Assembly (NCBI GenBank): GCA_963844965.1
Contig: CAWJQC010000008.1
Coordinates: forward strand, 1-64,000
From: an uncultured bacterium
Lineage (GTDB): Bacteria; Patescibacteriota; Minisyncoccia; UBA6257; 2-01-FULL-56-20
Reading direction: 5' to 3'
DNA: 64,000 nucleotides
Part shown: positions 46,695 through 56,015 of the stretch, piece by piece
Layout of the letters: each line of letters opens with the position of its first letter
Numbering within the stretch: position 1 is the stretch's first letter
Program-made: the position numbers and the translations under genes
The notes under the pieces: generated by a model
What the model was told of the DNA's origin: nothing
Database searches by the model: none
What the model saw: only the letters and a program-made list of their open reading frames with translations

Positions 46695-46977
46695 GATTTA
46701 TTCCGTGTTTCCCCACCCAGCAGGCCACGTAAATCTCCCACTCGCATTCAGTTTTGGGATTCATTGAGTTGCTCTCCTCAATCGCCGTATCAAAAGCCCT
46801 CCTGAACCTCGTGTCTTTCCTGAACTCGCAAACCTTATCTGTAATCAACCCGCCGTCTTCGTAAGTTGGCCGCCACTTCATCAGCTTCAGCCGCCAATTC
46901 CTTAAGACGGAATAAATCGGGACGACAAACGGGTATTTCCTTTTTATTTTGTTTTTAAATTCTTTGCTTATCCGCAT
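46585..46977 (-). CDS. TylF-family O-methyltransferase, N-terminal fragment ending in the poly-G tract.
   Basis: DFVECGVATGFTS motif. Ends FGGGVKKKVLPD* because of the G10 tract. Confidence 0.75.
   Translation of the reverse strand: MRISKEFKNKIKRKYPFVVPIYSVLRNWRLKLMKWRPTYEDGGLITDKVCEFRKDTRFRRAFDTAIEESNSMNPKTECEWEIYVACWVGKHGINLEGDFVECGVATGFTSRVVMEYLDFGGGVKKKVLPD
46611..46620. repeat. Homopolymeric C10 (G10 on the coding strand) tract inside the TylF-like methyltransferase. G9 would restore the reading frame.
   Basis: ttaa cccccccccc gaaatcc. The frame analysis shows G9 gives FGGGLKRKFYLIDTYNGL. Confidence 0.9.
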
Positions 46978-47065
46978 GGATGAATCCGAACTAAACCGTT
47001 AATCCTCGCTCGCTATTGATTGAGGATACGCCGACAATAGCGAAAGGTCAACAAATGCAAGCGTA

Positions 47066-48544
47066 TTATTGCAAACGAAAGATTCTCTTCATGTCCCAGA
47101 GGAGCGGTTCGCGGGTGGCAATCAATATTCCAAAATAGACGGCTGCCGAGATAATAACGTTCGCGAAAAGATTCGCGGAAGCGAGGCGGAGCGCAAGCGT
47201 CGCAAACCCCATGGCCAATACGGCCGCTACGACACGCGGCAGAAACCTAATCGTTTCGAAGGGCAGCATTTTTCTTGCCTCGCGCCACATATAACCGTGG
47301 ATAATCACGAGAGCGATGATTGTCGAAACCACGCTCCCGGCGATGCCGAACGGCGGAATAAGCAGAAGGTCGAAAACGGCGTTGCTAACCGCCCCCCCTA
47401 TCATGGCAAAAATATATACCCTTTGCCGTCTGTTCGCGAGCACAAAATTGTTAACAATGCTTGCCGGATACGTGATGACAAGTGTTAAAAGCAGCAACTC
47501 GAACGATAATACCGCGGGGGCGTACTCCGCGCCGTAAAGGAGATGGATAATGGATGGGGCAATAATGATCGCTCCGACGGCAATCGGCAAAACAATCATA
47601 AGTGAAAAGGCGACGAGTTTTTCAATTAAATTTTTCAAGCGATCGCTCGCGCCCTCTTTCGCGAGGCGCCCCATCATCGTAAATGAACCGGTCACCATGA
47701 TGGCGGGGACGACGGCAAGAATGGACACCGGCCGCTGGGCGGCGGCGTAATAGCCGAGCTCCGCGGCGGAGCGGAACCAGCCGACCATAAGCGTGTCGGT
47801 ATTGACCATGAGGGTCCACATGGCGCTTGCCAGCCCAAAAGGAATCGCTTCGGCAAAAATGCCCTTCACCAATCCGAAATTAAACTGAAAGGAGCGGAGC
47901 ATGGCGCTTATGTTCTTTTTAACGATAAGGAAAACCGAAAACGTTCCGAGCGCACTCCCCGCGAGGTACATGAGCGTGAGCATATACGAAGTGCGCGAGT
48001 AATGAAGGCCGGCAATGCACAATATCAGAATTAGCACGCTCGTGGTTATATTGCCGAAGGCTTCTTTGTCCATTCTGTTCTCCGCGCGGGCGGTGCTATT
48101 TAAAAGCGCCCGCAGGTCGTCGGAGGCGATTAGCAGGGCCACAAACGGAATCAATAATCTGGCTTGAGGAAATTTCGTGATAAATGGCCCTATGATAATT
48201 GTGAGCAGTATAATCGTTGCCAGAAGCCCAACGCGAAGGGACATCAACGTGGAGAAGTACGCCTTGTGCCCCTCGTCTCTCCGCACCATGTTGAGGGTTA
48301 TAAGATAATTCAAGCCCAGATCGGAGATAGCGGTGAAGATTGCGGCAACGCTTATCGCGTATGAAAACAGACCGTACTCCGAAGCGCCCAAAAATCGGGC
48401 GACGTAAATCACGACGGCGGCTTTTACGAGGCTGCCTCCAACGTTTGAAACCGTAAGCCAAAAACTATTCTTTGCGAGCGTTTGGCGGAGCGATTGTTCT
48501 CCGAAAAAAAATTGCTTGAGCTTGCTCATGTGTGTTATTATCAT
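47066..48544 (-). CDS. Wzx-like polysaccharide flippase (MOP/MATE superfamily), intact.
   Basis: 492 aa with about 12-14 TM segments. Paralogous to the frameshifted copy at 27970-29470. Confidence 0.8.
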   Translation of the reverse strand: MIITHMSKLKQFFFGEQSLRQTLAKNSFWLTVSNVGGSLVKAAVVIYVARFLGASEYGLFSYAISVAAIFTAISDLGLNYLITLNMVRRDEGHKAYFSTLMSLRVGLLATIILLTIIIGPFITKFPQARLLIPFVALLIASDDLRALLNSTARAENRMDKEAFGNITTSVLILILCIAGLHYSRTSYMLTLMYLAGSALGTFSVFLIVKKNISAMLRSFQFNFGLVKGIFAEAIPFGLASAMWTLMVNTDTLMVGWFRSAAELGYYAAAQRPVSILAVVPAIMVTGSFTMMGRLAKEGASDRLKNLIEKLVAFSLMIVLPIAVGAIIIAPSIIHLLYGAEYAPAVLSFELLLLTLVITYPASIVNNFVLANRRQRVYIFAMIGGAVSNAVFDLLLIPPFGIAGSVVSTIIALVIIHGYMWREARKMLPFETIRFLPRVVAAVLAMGFATLALRLASANLFANVIISAAVYFGILIATREPLLWDMKRIFRLQ

Positions 48545-48598
48545 AGCCGAGGACGGTCATATTGTCATGGCAGGAAACGTCTGCTGCTCACAAATTCA

Positions 48599-49477
48599 AT
48601 GCAAACAAAGCGAATATCCAATTCCAAAGCGCCGCTCGTGAGCATCGGACTGCACGTGAGGAACGGCTCCGATCGCATCCATGAATCGCTCAATTTTCTG
48701 CTCGGCCAAACATATAAAAATTTCGAGCTGATTATCTCCGATAACGCTTCTACCGACAATACGCAAGAAATTTGCGAAAGATACGCCCGCAGAGATTCGC
48801 GCATACGCTACGTAAGGCAAAAGGTGAATATTGGCGGCTACGGAAATTTTGATTTTGTAAGAAAGGCGGCGCGCGGAGAATATTTCATGCTCGCGACCGA
48901 CGACGACACCTGGGACAGGAAATTCATTGAAAAATGTCTGGAAAAGTTCGGAGAAATCCCCGATGCTGTGGCGGTCTGCGTGAACGTCGCCGCCTTTAAA
49001 AACGAAATAGGTGGCGAAGGAATGATCTACCGCAGCCCCTTATCCTATTTTTCTTTTTCGCCGTCGTTATATCAACGCCTCAAGGAATACGTACTCACGA
49101 GAACAAACGTGGACTTTATTTCGGTTATGTTTTACGGACTATGGAAAACAAAAGTCATAAATTCCGTAAGTCTGACTGACGACTTCAACTTCGCGTTCAA
49201 GTTGCTCTTCGCGGGCCGGATCGCCCATATAAATGAATTCCTGTTCTTCAAACGGTACGGCAACAGGGTGGCGCGCGAAGAACCTCTGAGTATGAAGATT
49301 ATCAAATCCATACTGCACGTTTGTACGGACAGATTGCATGTTGTCTTCTCTTCTTTCTTTTCGGTCCAATCCTCGTGCATAATCCGTTCTCGCGACCTCA
49401 CGTCGGGTGAAAAAATACGGCTCGTTTTATACGAACTTTATTCCTATCTTCGCGCTATCGGGGACGGACACAGATAG
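48599..49477 (+). CDS. Glycosyltransferase family 2.
   Basis: The ORF runs from 48482, but the likely start is ATG 48599. LVSIGLHVRNG...IISDNASTDNT...DDD. Paralog of 50587-51495. Confidence 0.75.
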   Translation: MQTKRISNSKAPLVSIGLHVRNGSDRIHESLNFLLGQTYKNFELIISDNASTDNTQEICERYARRDSRIRYVRQKVNIGGYGNFDFVRKAARGEYFMLATDDDTWDRKFIEKCLEKFGEIPDAVAVCVNVAAFKNEIGGEGMIYRSPLSYFSFSPSLYQRLKEYVLTRTNVDFISVMFYGLWKTKVINSVSLTDDFNFAFKLLFAGRIAHINEFLFFKRYGNRVAREEPLSMKIIKSILHVCTDRLHVVFSSFFSVQSSCIIRSRDLTSGEKIRLVLYELYSYLRAIGDGHR

Positions 49478-49514
49478 CGAGCACGCGCTTTATGCGCGCC
49501 GCGCATGCTGACCG

Positions 49515-50549
49515 TTATTTATAATTCTTCGCGTACACGTTCAGGATTTCTCCGACACGGTGCCGCCAAGTATGGTGTTTGAGCACGTAATTCCTTGCCT
49601 CCGCGGCGCGTTTCTCGCGTTCCGCATCGCGCGGCAACCATTTTGATATCAATCCGTTCATTTCCTTCAGATCGCCGAAAATCGGGAAAGAATTGGGAGG
49701 GAAAAGCACATCAAGGTCCCGGCGATAATCAACAATCTGAAAAGTTCCCGCCAGCGCCACTTCAAAAGTGCGCGAAGAAATGGAAGTCGTATGCCCCGTA
49801 GAATGGAAATTAATCACGATTTTGCTTTGATTATAAATTTTGTTTACCTCGGGAATGCCCGGCTGGCCGCCCCCCCCCAGGAGCCTTGAAAGGTCGGGGA
49901 AGTAACGCGTCCAATAGTTCCAGCCGTTGCCGAAGACGCCGACGCGCAAGCTCTTGGCTATGGAACTCACAAGATTCGCCCGGATTGAACCGTCCGGACT
50001 CTGCTCCGGAGCCGAGGCGACCATAACCACATCGTACACCTTCTTCTCTCCGGGAATCGGGAAGAAATCGTCGGGATTGCCGGCAAGCGGCAAGTGATGA
50101 ACCCTCTTTGGAAAAAATACTTCAATGTACTTTGCCCATTCGCGGTCTATGCAAAATACTTCGTCGACGTACCTGAAACTCAAAAGCCCGTCCCTCATTC
50201 CGGGGCCGACAGGCGGTGAAACTTCATAATAAAAAATCGGACGGCCAACTTCTTTTTTCGCCCGCGCGACATATTCCGCCAAAACAGTCGGGGCATCTTC
50301 CATGACGATAAGATCGGGCTTGAAATTCTTGAGCGATTCAAGCCAGCGGTGACCCGTTATCCCGAAAAAATAATTTTCGGCATCGTACGGGTGCCGCACC
50401 AGGCGCAAAGCGATGTTCCGAGCTATTCTCCAATTGCGGGGAAGATGCTTCTCAAAAAAGAAGACCTCGTGCCCGAGTGCCTCAAAGGCTTTCTTGAGAT
50501 TTTGCGTCGTGCCCGCGTGCCAATTTGTGCCCGTTAAGTGAATGCGCAT
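49515..50549 (-). CDS. CgeB-like glycosyltransferase (DUF3880 + GT1-like C-terminus). It contains an in-frame G9 homopolymer.
   Basis: SKIVINFHS...SSRTFEVALAGTFQIVDY...LKHHTW. LLGGGGQPG is encoded by the C9 run at 49870-49878. Confidence 0.7.
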   Translation of the reverse strand: MRIHLTGTNWHAGTTQNLKKAFEALGHEVFFFEKHLPRNWRIARNIALRLVRHPYDAENYFFGITGHRWLESLKNFKPDLIVMEDAPTVLAEYVARAKKEVGRPIFYYEVSPPVGPGMRDGLLSFRYVDEVFCIDREWAKYIEVFFPKRVHHLPLAGNPDDFFPIPGEKKVYDVVMVASAPEQSPDGSIRANLVSSIAKSLRVGVFGNGWNYWTRYFPDLSRLLGGGGQPGIPEVNKIYNQSKIVINFHSTGHTTSISSRTFEVALAGTFQIVDYRRDLDVLFPPNSFPIFGDLKEMNGLISKWLPRDAEREKRAAEARNYVLKHHTWRHRVGEILNVYAKNYK

Positions 50550-50586
50550 AATGCTAACTCTGCCTCAAATTATATTTTTGGGCAAA

Positions 50587-51495
50587 TCATATCTTCCTGC
50601 GCCAGAACAGCCTACTCATCACGAAGAGCGTCCAAAGGATGAGCTTAGTCCGCTGAATCGCGGAAAGTTCCTTTATTTTGATTATGTCTCCCATTCTTCT
50701 GTAGAAGAACGGCGCGACAAGCCTTCGCAACCTGCTGTAAACCAAAGTGTCAAACATCCGCCGCGGAAAGGACTTCCTTCTTGGCGCGTCAAGCGCCGAG
50801 TCGCTCAGGCGCTTGAAAAACAAAACTTCATCGATAAACTCAAATGTTCCCTTGGAAAGCCCGCGAAAAACAAAATTCATATCCTGGAAATCCCACCAGA
50901 ATATCGGGTACTCCACGAAAAGGTCATCCACGACTGCCCGCCGGCGCCAAACCGCGCAATACACGAACATCACCTTTTCATCCGCTTCGTAAAGCAAAGT
51001 ATATTGCTTCAGCCTGCGATAGAGATCTTTCTCCGAGGGGTAAAAAAGTTCCGGACGATGCGCCACCTTCCTGCCTTTGCCGTCAAACTCCACGAAATTC
51101 GTGCCGGCGGCGATCGCCTCCGGATGAGCTTCCAGGCGCGCGATGCATTTCTCCAAAAACGTCGGCGCCAGGAGGTCGTCGTCGCACAGTTCCACAAAAT
51201 ATTCGCCGCGCGCCCTCGCCCGCACGAAACTCCGGTTCAAAATACCGCCGATGTTTCTCTTCTGCCGGATGTAGTTTATGCGCGGGTCGCGCTTCGCATA
51301 TTCCCGGCATACTTCTTCCGTATCGTCCGCGGAGGCATTGTCTGAAACCATGACCTCAAAATTTTTGTATGTTTGCGCAAGAATGGAATCGAGCGCGGCG
51401 CGAAGATATGTTCCAGCCCTGTTGTAGGTCGGTACGCCGATGGTGACCAATCCTTTTATTCCCTTCTCCTCGTCCATGAGAAACTTATCTAACAC
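50587..51495 (-). CDS. Glycosyltransferase family 2.
   Basis: VTIGVPTYNRAGTYL...MVSDNASADDT...DDD. Confidence 0.8.
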   Translation of the reverse strand: MLDKFLMDEEKGIKGLVTIGVPTYNRAGTYLRAALDSILAQTYKNFEVMVSDNASADDTEEVCREYAKRDPRINYIRQKRNIGGILNRSFVRARARGEYFVELCDDDLLAPTFLEKCIARLEAHPEAIAAGTNFVEFDGKGRKVAHRPELFYPSEKDLYRRLKQYTLLYEADEKVMFVYCAVWRRRAVVDDLFVEYPIFWWDFQDMNFVFRGLSKGTFEFIDEVLFFKRLSDSALDAPRRKSFPRRMFDTLVYSRLRRLVAPFFYRRMGDIIKIKELSAIQRTKLILWTLFVMSRLFWRRKI

Positions 51496-51970
51496 GCTTC
51501 AAAAACCCTCCCGGTGCGACTGTGATAAGAAGTTTATTTTCCATCCGTTTGTCTATCATAAAATTCCTGTTCTTCTTCAAAAACGCCCGGACGGCGGTCA
51601 GCGGATTGTTTCCCTTGCCCCAAGGCCTTGGCCGCGAACCAATGGCTTCTTTCGGCATATATTCCGTTATCGTGTCCCAGACGACGAGGTAGCTTCCCTT
51701 CGTCACGAACGGCGAATAGAGTTCGCATTCGCGGAGCACGTGCTTGTGCGAATGATTTGAATCCAGGAACACCATTATCCTCTTTTTTCCTTTCGCGATT
51801 TTTTTTATTTTCTTCAGGACTTCAGGCGCGACGGAAGAACCTTCTATCATGGTGATGCGTTTCATCATCCGGTGCGCCTCAATCGCGCGGCGGTTATGCT
51901 TGCGGATATCAATATCCACTCCCACGACTTTTCCCTTACCGCCGATGAGCTCGAGCATCGAAGCCGACAA
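51485..51970 (-). CDS. Cephalosporin hydroxylase (CmcI)-family class I methyltransferase, C-terminal fragment. TTG start in the track.
   Basis: ASMLELIGGKGKVVGVDIDIRKHNR...GSS. It continues the upstream fragment after a 1-bp frame change near 51962. Confidence 0.7.
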   Translation of the reverse strand: MSASMLELIGGKGKVVGVDIDIRKHNRRAIEAHRMMKRITMIEGSSVAPEVLKKIKKIAKGKKRIMVFLDSNHSHKHVLRECELYSPFVTKGSYLVVWDTITEYMPKEAIGSRPRPWGKGNNPLTAVRAFLKKNRNFMIDKRMENKLLITVAPGGFLKRVR

Positions 51971-52224
51971 GATGAGGAGCCGCCGTGGGCGATGCCGGTT
52001 TCGATGACGAGGTCCGGCTTCACGGACCAGATAAGCTCTTGTATCGCAACGATATCCTGCGGATATTGGATGATGGGACGGCCAAGCCAGCTGAAATCAT
52101 ATTGATAGCGGGCCCTTGCGGACTCAATCATGAATCGCCGCGCCAAATTTTTCAGCTTTTTATTTTTAGAAAGCCTTTCGATATTTTCTTCCACTTCCCG
52201 TTTGAACTGCTCCGTCGGGTCCAT
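51865..52224 (-). CDS. CmcI-family methyltransferase, N-terminal fragment.
   Basis: QYPQDIVAIQELIWSVKPDLVIETGIAHGGSS, then out of frame. Confidence 0.7.
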   Translation of the reverse strand: MDPTEQFKREVEENIERLSKNKKLKNLARRFMIESARARYQYDFSWLGRPIIQYPQDIVAIQELIWSVKPDLVIETGIAHGGSSSCRLRCSSSSAVREKSWEWILISASITAARLRRTG

Positions 52225-52364
52225 GTCATTAAGATAACTCTAAATGCCGCGCGCGTCCATGCAAAACCGAAGTTTTTATTGTTCACTCGCAAGAATACCC
52301 TATACCTTCTTGCAACGTGATGAGAAGGTGTAGGGATGAATTGCGATGTGTGAATAATAAACCC

Positions 52365-52397
52365 CTCCCCATTTGTGGCAGGGGTTTGGTGATAACA
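52365..52397. repeat. Hairpin aaacccct-N13-aggggttt.
   Basis: 8-bp perfect stem. The minus-strand tail is UUUAUUAUU. Confidence 0.4.
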
Positions 52398-52477
52398 CCC
52401 AGCGAGAGCCGTAAGGCGACTTCGTCTTTGTATGTCGTGTGCGCATAGTTTTTGCGGCAAATGGAGAGGGGTGAATA

Positions 52478-52525
52478 ACCGCAAGACCGCAGAGCGGCTT
52501 GGATACCGCACCGCTCTGCGGTGCG
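52478..52525. repeat. Long near-perfect hairpin with a stem of about 20 bp (taaccgcaagaccgcagagcgg / ccgctctgcggtgcggtta) immediately after the transketolase C-subunit stop.
   Basis: 12-bp perfect inner stem accgcagagcgg/ccgctctgcggt plus an outer extension. Confidence 0.5.
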
Positions 52526-52530
52526 GTTAT

Positions 52531-53415
52531 TTACTTTCCAATGGAATCCGCTATCTGCCGCGGCGTGAGCCCGTACCGCTCTTCAAGGCACTTCTGATCG
52601 CCTATGCGGGGGTCAAATTCTTCCTTAGGACCTATAAAGCGCAATTTCTTATTCTGAATCTCGTGATCCGCAACAAACTGCGCGATCGAATTGTAAAGCC
52701 CGGAACTAAAATTGTCCTCGATGACCACGATCCTGTCATAGCCGGCAATGACCTTCGCCAGACCGCTGTCAACGGGTTTTATCTTGTCCACGGCGTAGAG
52801 AGAACATTTGCCGGAAATTTTCGCCGCCTCAAACGCATTGGCGACCATTTTGCCGTGGGAGACAAGCAGAATTTCGGCTTTGGGATTTTCTACAACGAAA
52901 CGATTTGCCGACGAAACCGCCTTGCCCCCGGAAAAACTTGCCTTGGAAAGGCGGATGTAGGTCGGATGCGCGGAGGCCATAACCTCGTCGAAAATCACCG
53001 CCATTGACTCTATGCTGGAGGGCGAATAAATCTGCAAATTTGGCAAGGGTTTCATGCAACCGATGTCGTCAACAACGTGGTGCGTGGCCCAGAGCGTTCC
53101 GTGGTCAAAACCAGTTGATGTTCCCAGCAATATGACGGGATAATCGTGGATGCACACGTCGTTCCTTACCTGCTCCATGCATCTGTGCACTAGAAAATTG
53201 CTGATGGCGTAGCACAGCGGCCTGAAACCGGCATTGCATAAACCGGCGCTTATTCCTATCATGTTCTGTTCGGCGATGCCCACATTCAAGGTGCGGTCGG
53301 GGAATTCCGCGAATAACGGCTCAATAAGTCCGAATCCCTGATCTGCGGCTAAGAAGAAAAGCCGCTTGTCGCGCCTCATCGCCTCGTGAAATTTTTTCAT
53401 AAATACGGACCTCAT
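52531..53415 (-). CDS. Transketolase, C-terminal subunit (pyrimidine-binding + C-terminal domains).
   Basis: Split-transketolase C-subunit pattern (GIAEQNMIG..., GTSTGFDHG). Confidence 0.8.
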   Translation of the reverse strand: MRSVFMKKFHEAMRRDKRLFFLAADQGFGLIEPLFAEFPDRTLNVGIAEQNMIGISAGLCNAGFRPLCYAISNFLVHRCMEQVRNDVCIHDYPVILLGTSTGFDHGTLWATHHVVDDIGCMKPLPNLQIYSPSSIESMAVIFDEVMASAHPTYIRLSKASFSGGKAVSSANRFVVENPKAEILLVSHGKMVANAFEAAKISGKCSLYAVDKIKPVDSGLAKVIAGYDRIVVIEDNFSSGLYNSIAQFVADHEIQNKKLRFIGPKEEFDPRIGDQKCLEERYGLTPRQIADSIGK

Positions 53416-53428
53416 GTCGTGTTCTTGA

Positions 53429-54220
53429 TTATTTAAGTTCTGCCAGCGCCTTCTCGTAGTCCTCGCCCTGCGGACAGCGATAATGCCAGAGGACGTTATT
53501 CTCCATGAACGAAATCCCCTTCCCCTTTATGGTCCGACAAATTATCGCGACCGGCTTTTTCGAATTTGCGGTCGCTTTTATTATTTTTGAAATCTCCGCC
53601 TCGTCGTGCCCGTCCTCCACGGTATATACGGCGAATTTAAAACTTTCCAGCTTGGAAGCGAGAGGTTCAACATCACAGGTATCAGCGGTCTTGCCCATCT
53701 GATCCAAACCGTTGTTGTCTACCAGAACACATAACTTCCCTATACCCAAATTGCCCGCGAGCATAAAAGCCTCCCAGTTGGATCCTTCCTGCAACTCGGC
53801 GTCGCCCGTGACAACGAACACGCGCGCACCGCATTTTTTTGAGCGGAGGCCGATCGCCATTCCCAGCCCGACGGGAAGTCCGTGCCCCAGCGCCCCCGTG
53901 GAATGCTCGACAAAAGGAACATAAAAACTCACGTGGCCGGCAAAGAAAGAGCCATTTTTAAGATACGAATTTATATCCTCCGCACTCAAAAGTCCGCGAT
54001 GGTGCATAACGGCGTAGAGAGCGGCCACGCCGTGCCCCTTGCTCAAAATCACGCGATCGCGCGCGCTGTCGTGTTTTTTTATCTTGCCCAAATCAACGTT
54101 TCCGAACACAGCATTCAGTATCTCAACAGCGGACAGCGCCGTGCCGATATGCGAAGCACCGGAATTGTGCGCCATCTCCAAGATTACCCGCCGGATTTCC
54201 TTATTGGGAACCGAAGGCAT
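53429..54220 (-). CDS. Transketolase, N-terminal TPP-binding subunit.
   Basis: GHxG...GDAELQEG TPP-binding motifs (GALGHGLPVGLGMA, VTGDAELQEGSNWE). Confidence 0.8.
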   Translation of the reverse strand: MPSVPNKEIRRVILEMAHNSGASHIGTALSAVEILNAVFGNVDLGKIKKHDSARDRVILSKGHGVAALYAVMHHRGLLSAEDINSYLKNGSFFAGHVSFYVPFVEHSTGALGHGLPVGLGMAIGLRSKKCGARVFVVTGDAELQEGSNWEAFMLAGNLGIGKLCVLVDNNGLDQMGKTADTCDVEPLASKLESFKFAVYTVEDGHDEAEISKIIKATANSKKPVAIICRTIKGKGISFMENNVLWHYRCPQGEDYEKALAELK

Positions 54221-54459
54221 AATAAAAACATTACCCTAATCAATCATCGCGCGCAAGAGTTTGCTCCCGAAAAGATTCGAATGCTTTCTATCAAATCCAT
54301 TTTGGGAACCAAATTAGTTCAAAAATAACGTCGTCGGAACTTGGCAATTGCAAAGTTTTTGCCTGCGCAATAAGCCCTCAGAAACCTTAATTCAGAGTGT
54401 AATATTTTTTTCGTTTTGTAGCCAGAACCAGCTGTGGTACGATTATTTTACCGAACAAT

Positions 54460-54936
54460 ATGGAAACCCCACAATTATCTCAAAAGGAAATGGACGGGTA
54501 TCTCGCCCGCGCGAGAGCTTCCGAAAAACGCCGCTTCCCCAAGATACTGCACAAACCGGGAGATAAGCTGAACAGAGTATTCAATTTCATTATGTCCGAC
54601 TCCTACATGCAGCCCCATTTCCATCCCGACGGCAAAATAGAAGAAATCTGGATTGTGGCCGGGAAACTGGCGGTCATCTTTTTCGACGACAAAGGCACCG
54701 TCACCAAATCGGTGATTCTCGAAAAAGGACGCGAGGAATATGTAAAAATACCGGCATTCGCCTGGCACACCTATGTCGTCCTCTCCGACCACGCCGTAAC
54801 CTACGAAACGATGGTCGGCGTCTACGACCAGAAAACGTGGAAAGACCTGGCGGGGTGGGCGCCGCCGGAGAACGCGGCGGAGAGCAAACGGTATTTCAGC
54901 CGTCTAAAAGAAGAAATTCTGAAAAAGGAGCGTTAA
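54460..54936 (+). CDS. WbuC-like cupin-fold metalloprotein.
   Basis: PHFHPDGKIEEIW...AWHTY cupin His/Glu pattern and small size. Confidence 0.55.
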   Translation: METPQLSQKEMDGYLARARASEKRRFPKILHKPGDKLNRVFNFIMSDSYMQPHFHPDGKIEEIWIVAGKLAVIFFDDKGTVTKSVILEKGREEYVKIPAFAWHTYVVLSDHAVTYETMVGVYDQKTWKDLAGWAPPENAAESKRYFSRLKEEILKKER

Positions 54937-56015
54937 TCCTTCTTTTCCAGCCAGCGCAGATCGCCAGAAACGCGGCCGCTTGCGAAATAATCCTCCAACA
55001 CCTGCAGGCGGTAAAATTTCCTGTTTTTGAAGTCAGCAACGCTGAGGTTAATCTCCTTAAACTTGGCGATAATCTCCCGTACGCCGTTTTCAAGGGTCCG
55101 CCCCGCTCTGAAACCGGTGAGTGTCTTCCTTATCTTTTCAAATGAAACCTTGTACGTCCTTGTGTCGGTTCCCTTGTGAAGCTTGGTGCGAATAAGCTCC
55201 TCCTTGTCCAGCTCCGGATTCTCCGTCAAGAATTTCAACTCGCAACCGGGCACCGCTTTTTGCACAATCTTCGCGATGTCCACGACCCGAAGATTGTTTG
55301 ACTCGTCGCCGACATTCAATATCAAAAGTTCGCCGCCGCGGTAATCAAGCTCTATGGCGCGTCTCACCGCCTCGCAAACATCAAGGACGTGAACGTTCGG
55401 ACGCCAAGGAGTTCCGTCGGAATTGAGCACTATCTTGCCGGTCGTAAATGCCATCCCCGCAAACATATTAACAATCAAGTCAAAGCGAATCCGGGGCGAT
55501 AGGCCGAACACAGTGGCAAATCTCAAGGCAATCGGGGAAAAATCCGCGCCGCTCAAGACCCTCAAATCTTCTTCAATTTGCACCTTATTCATGGAATAGA
55601 GGGTCTGCGGATAGAGCGGCGATTCTTCGGTGCACAAATCATCTCCGCCTTTGCCGTAGACAGAACAGCTGGAGGCGAATATGAATCTCACTCCGCGCTT
55701 CTTGCACATTTTGGCGATTGCCGAACTGTAGGCGCGCGTCGGATCGTAAACCTTGCTTGCGCCGAGATTGCCCACCGGATCGTTGGAAATCCCCGCGAGA
55801 TGTACTATCGCGTAGATGCCATCAAAATCTTTTTCCGTGAAGTCGCGCGCGTCGCGGATAATAGTCTCCACCTCCGGCGGCTTATAAAGGACGCTGTCCT
55901 TGAAAAATCCGGTATCGTAACCAATGCATCCGAGGCCATTCTTCGCAAGATAATCGCAGAGAACGCTTCCGATGTAGCCGAGCGAACCGGTAACCAATAT
56001 CTTTTTCATGACCAA
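54933..56015 (-). CDS. SDR-family NAD-dependent sugar epimerase/reductase.
   Basis: VTGSLGYIGS Rossmann motif, YSMNK catalytic motif. Paralog of 58056-59105. Confidence 0.75.
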   Translation of the reverse strand: MVMKKILVTGSLGYIGSVLCDYLAKNGLGCIGYDTGFFKDSVLYKPPEVETIIRDARDFTEKDFDGIYAIVHLAGISNDPVGNLGASKVYDPTRAYSSAIAKMCKKRGVRFIFASSCSVYGKGGDDLCTEESPLYPQTLYSMNKVQIEEDLRVLSGADFSPIALRFATVFGLSPRIRFDLIVNMFAGMAFTTGKIVLNSDGTPWRPNVHVLDVCEAVRRAIELDYRGGELLILNVGDESNNLRVVDIAKIVQKAVPGCELKFLTENPELDKEELIRTKLHKGTDTRTYKVSFEKIRKTLTGFRAGRTLENGVREIIAKFKEINLSVADFKNRKFYRLQVLEDYFASGRVSGDLRWLEKKD

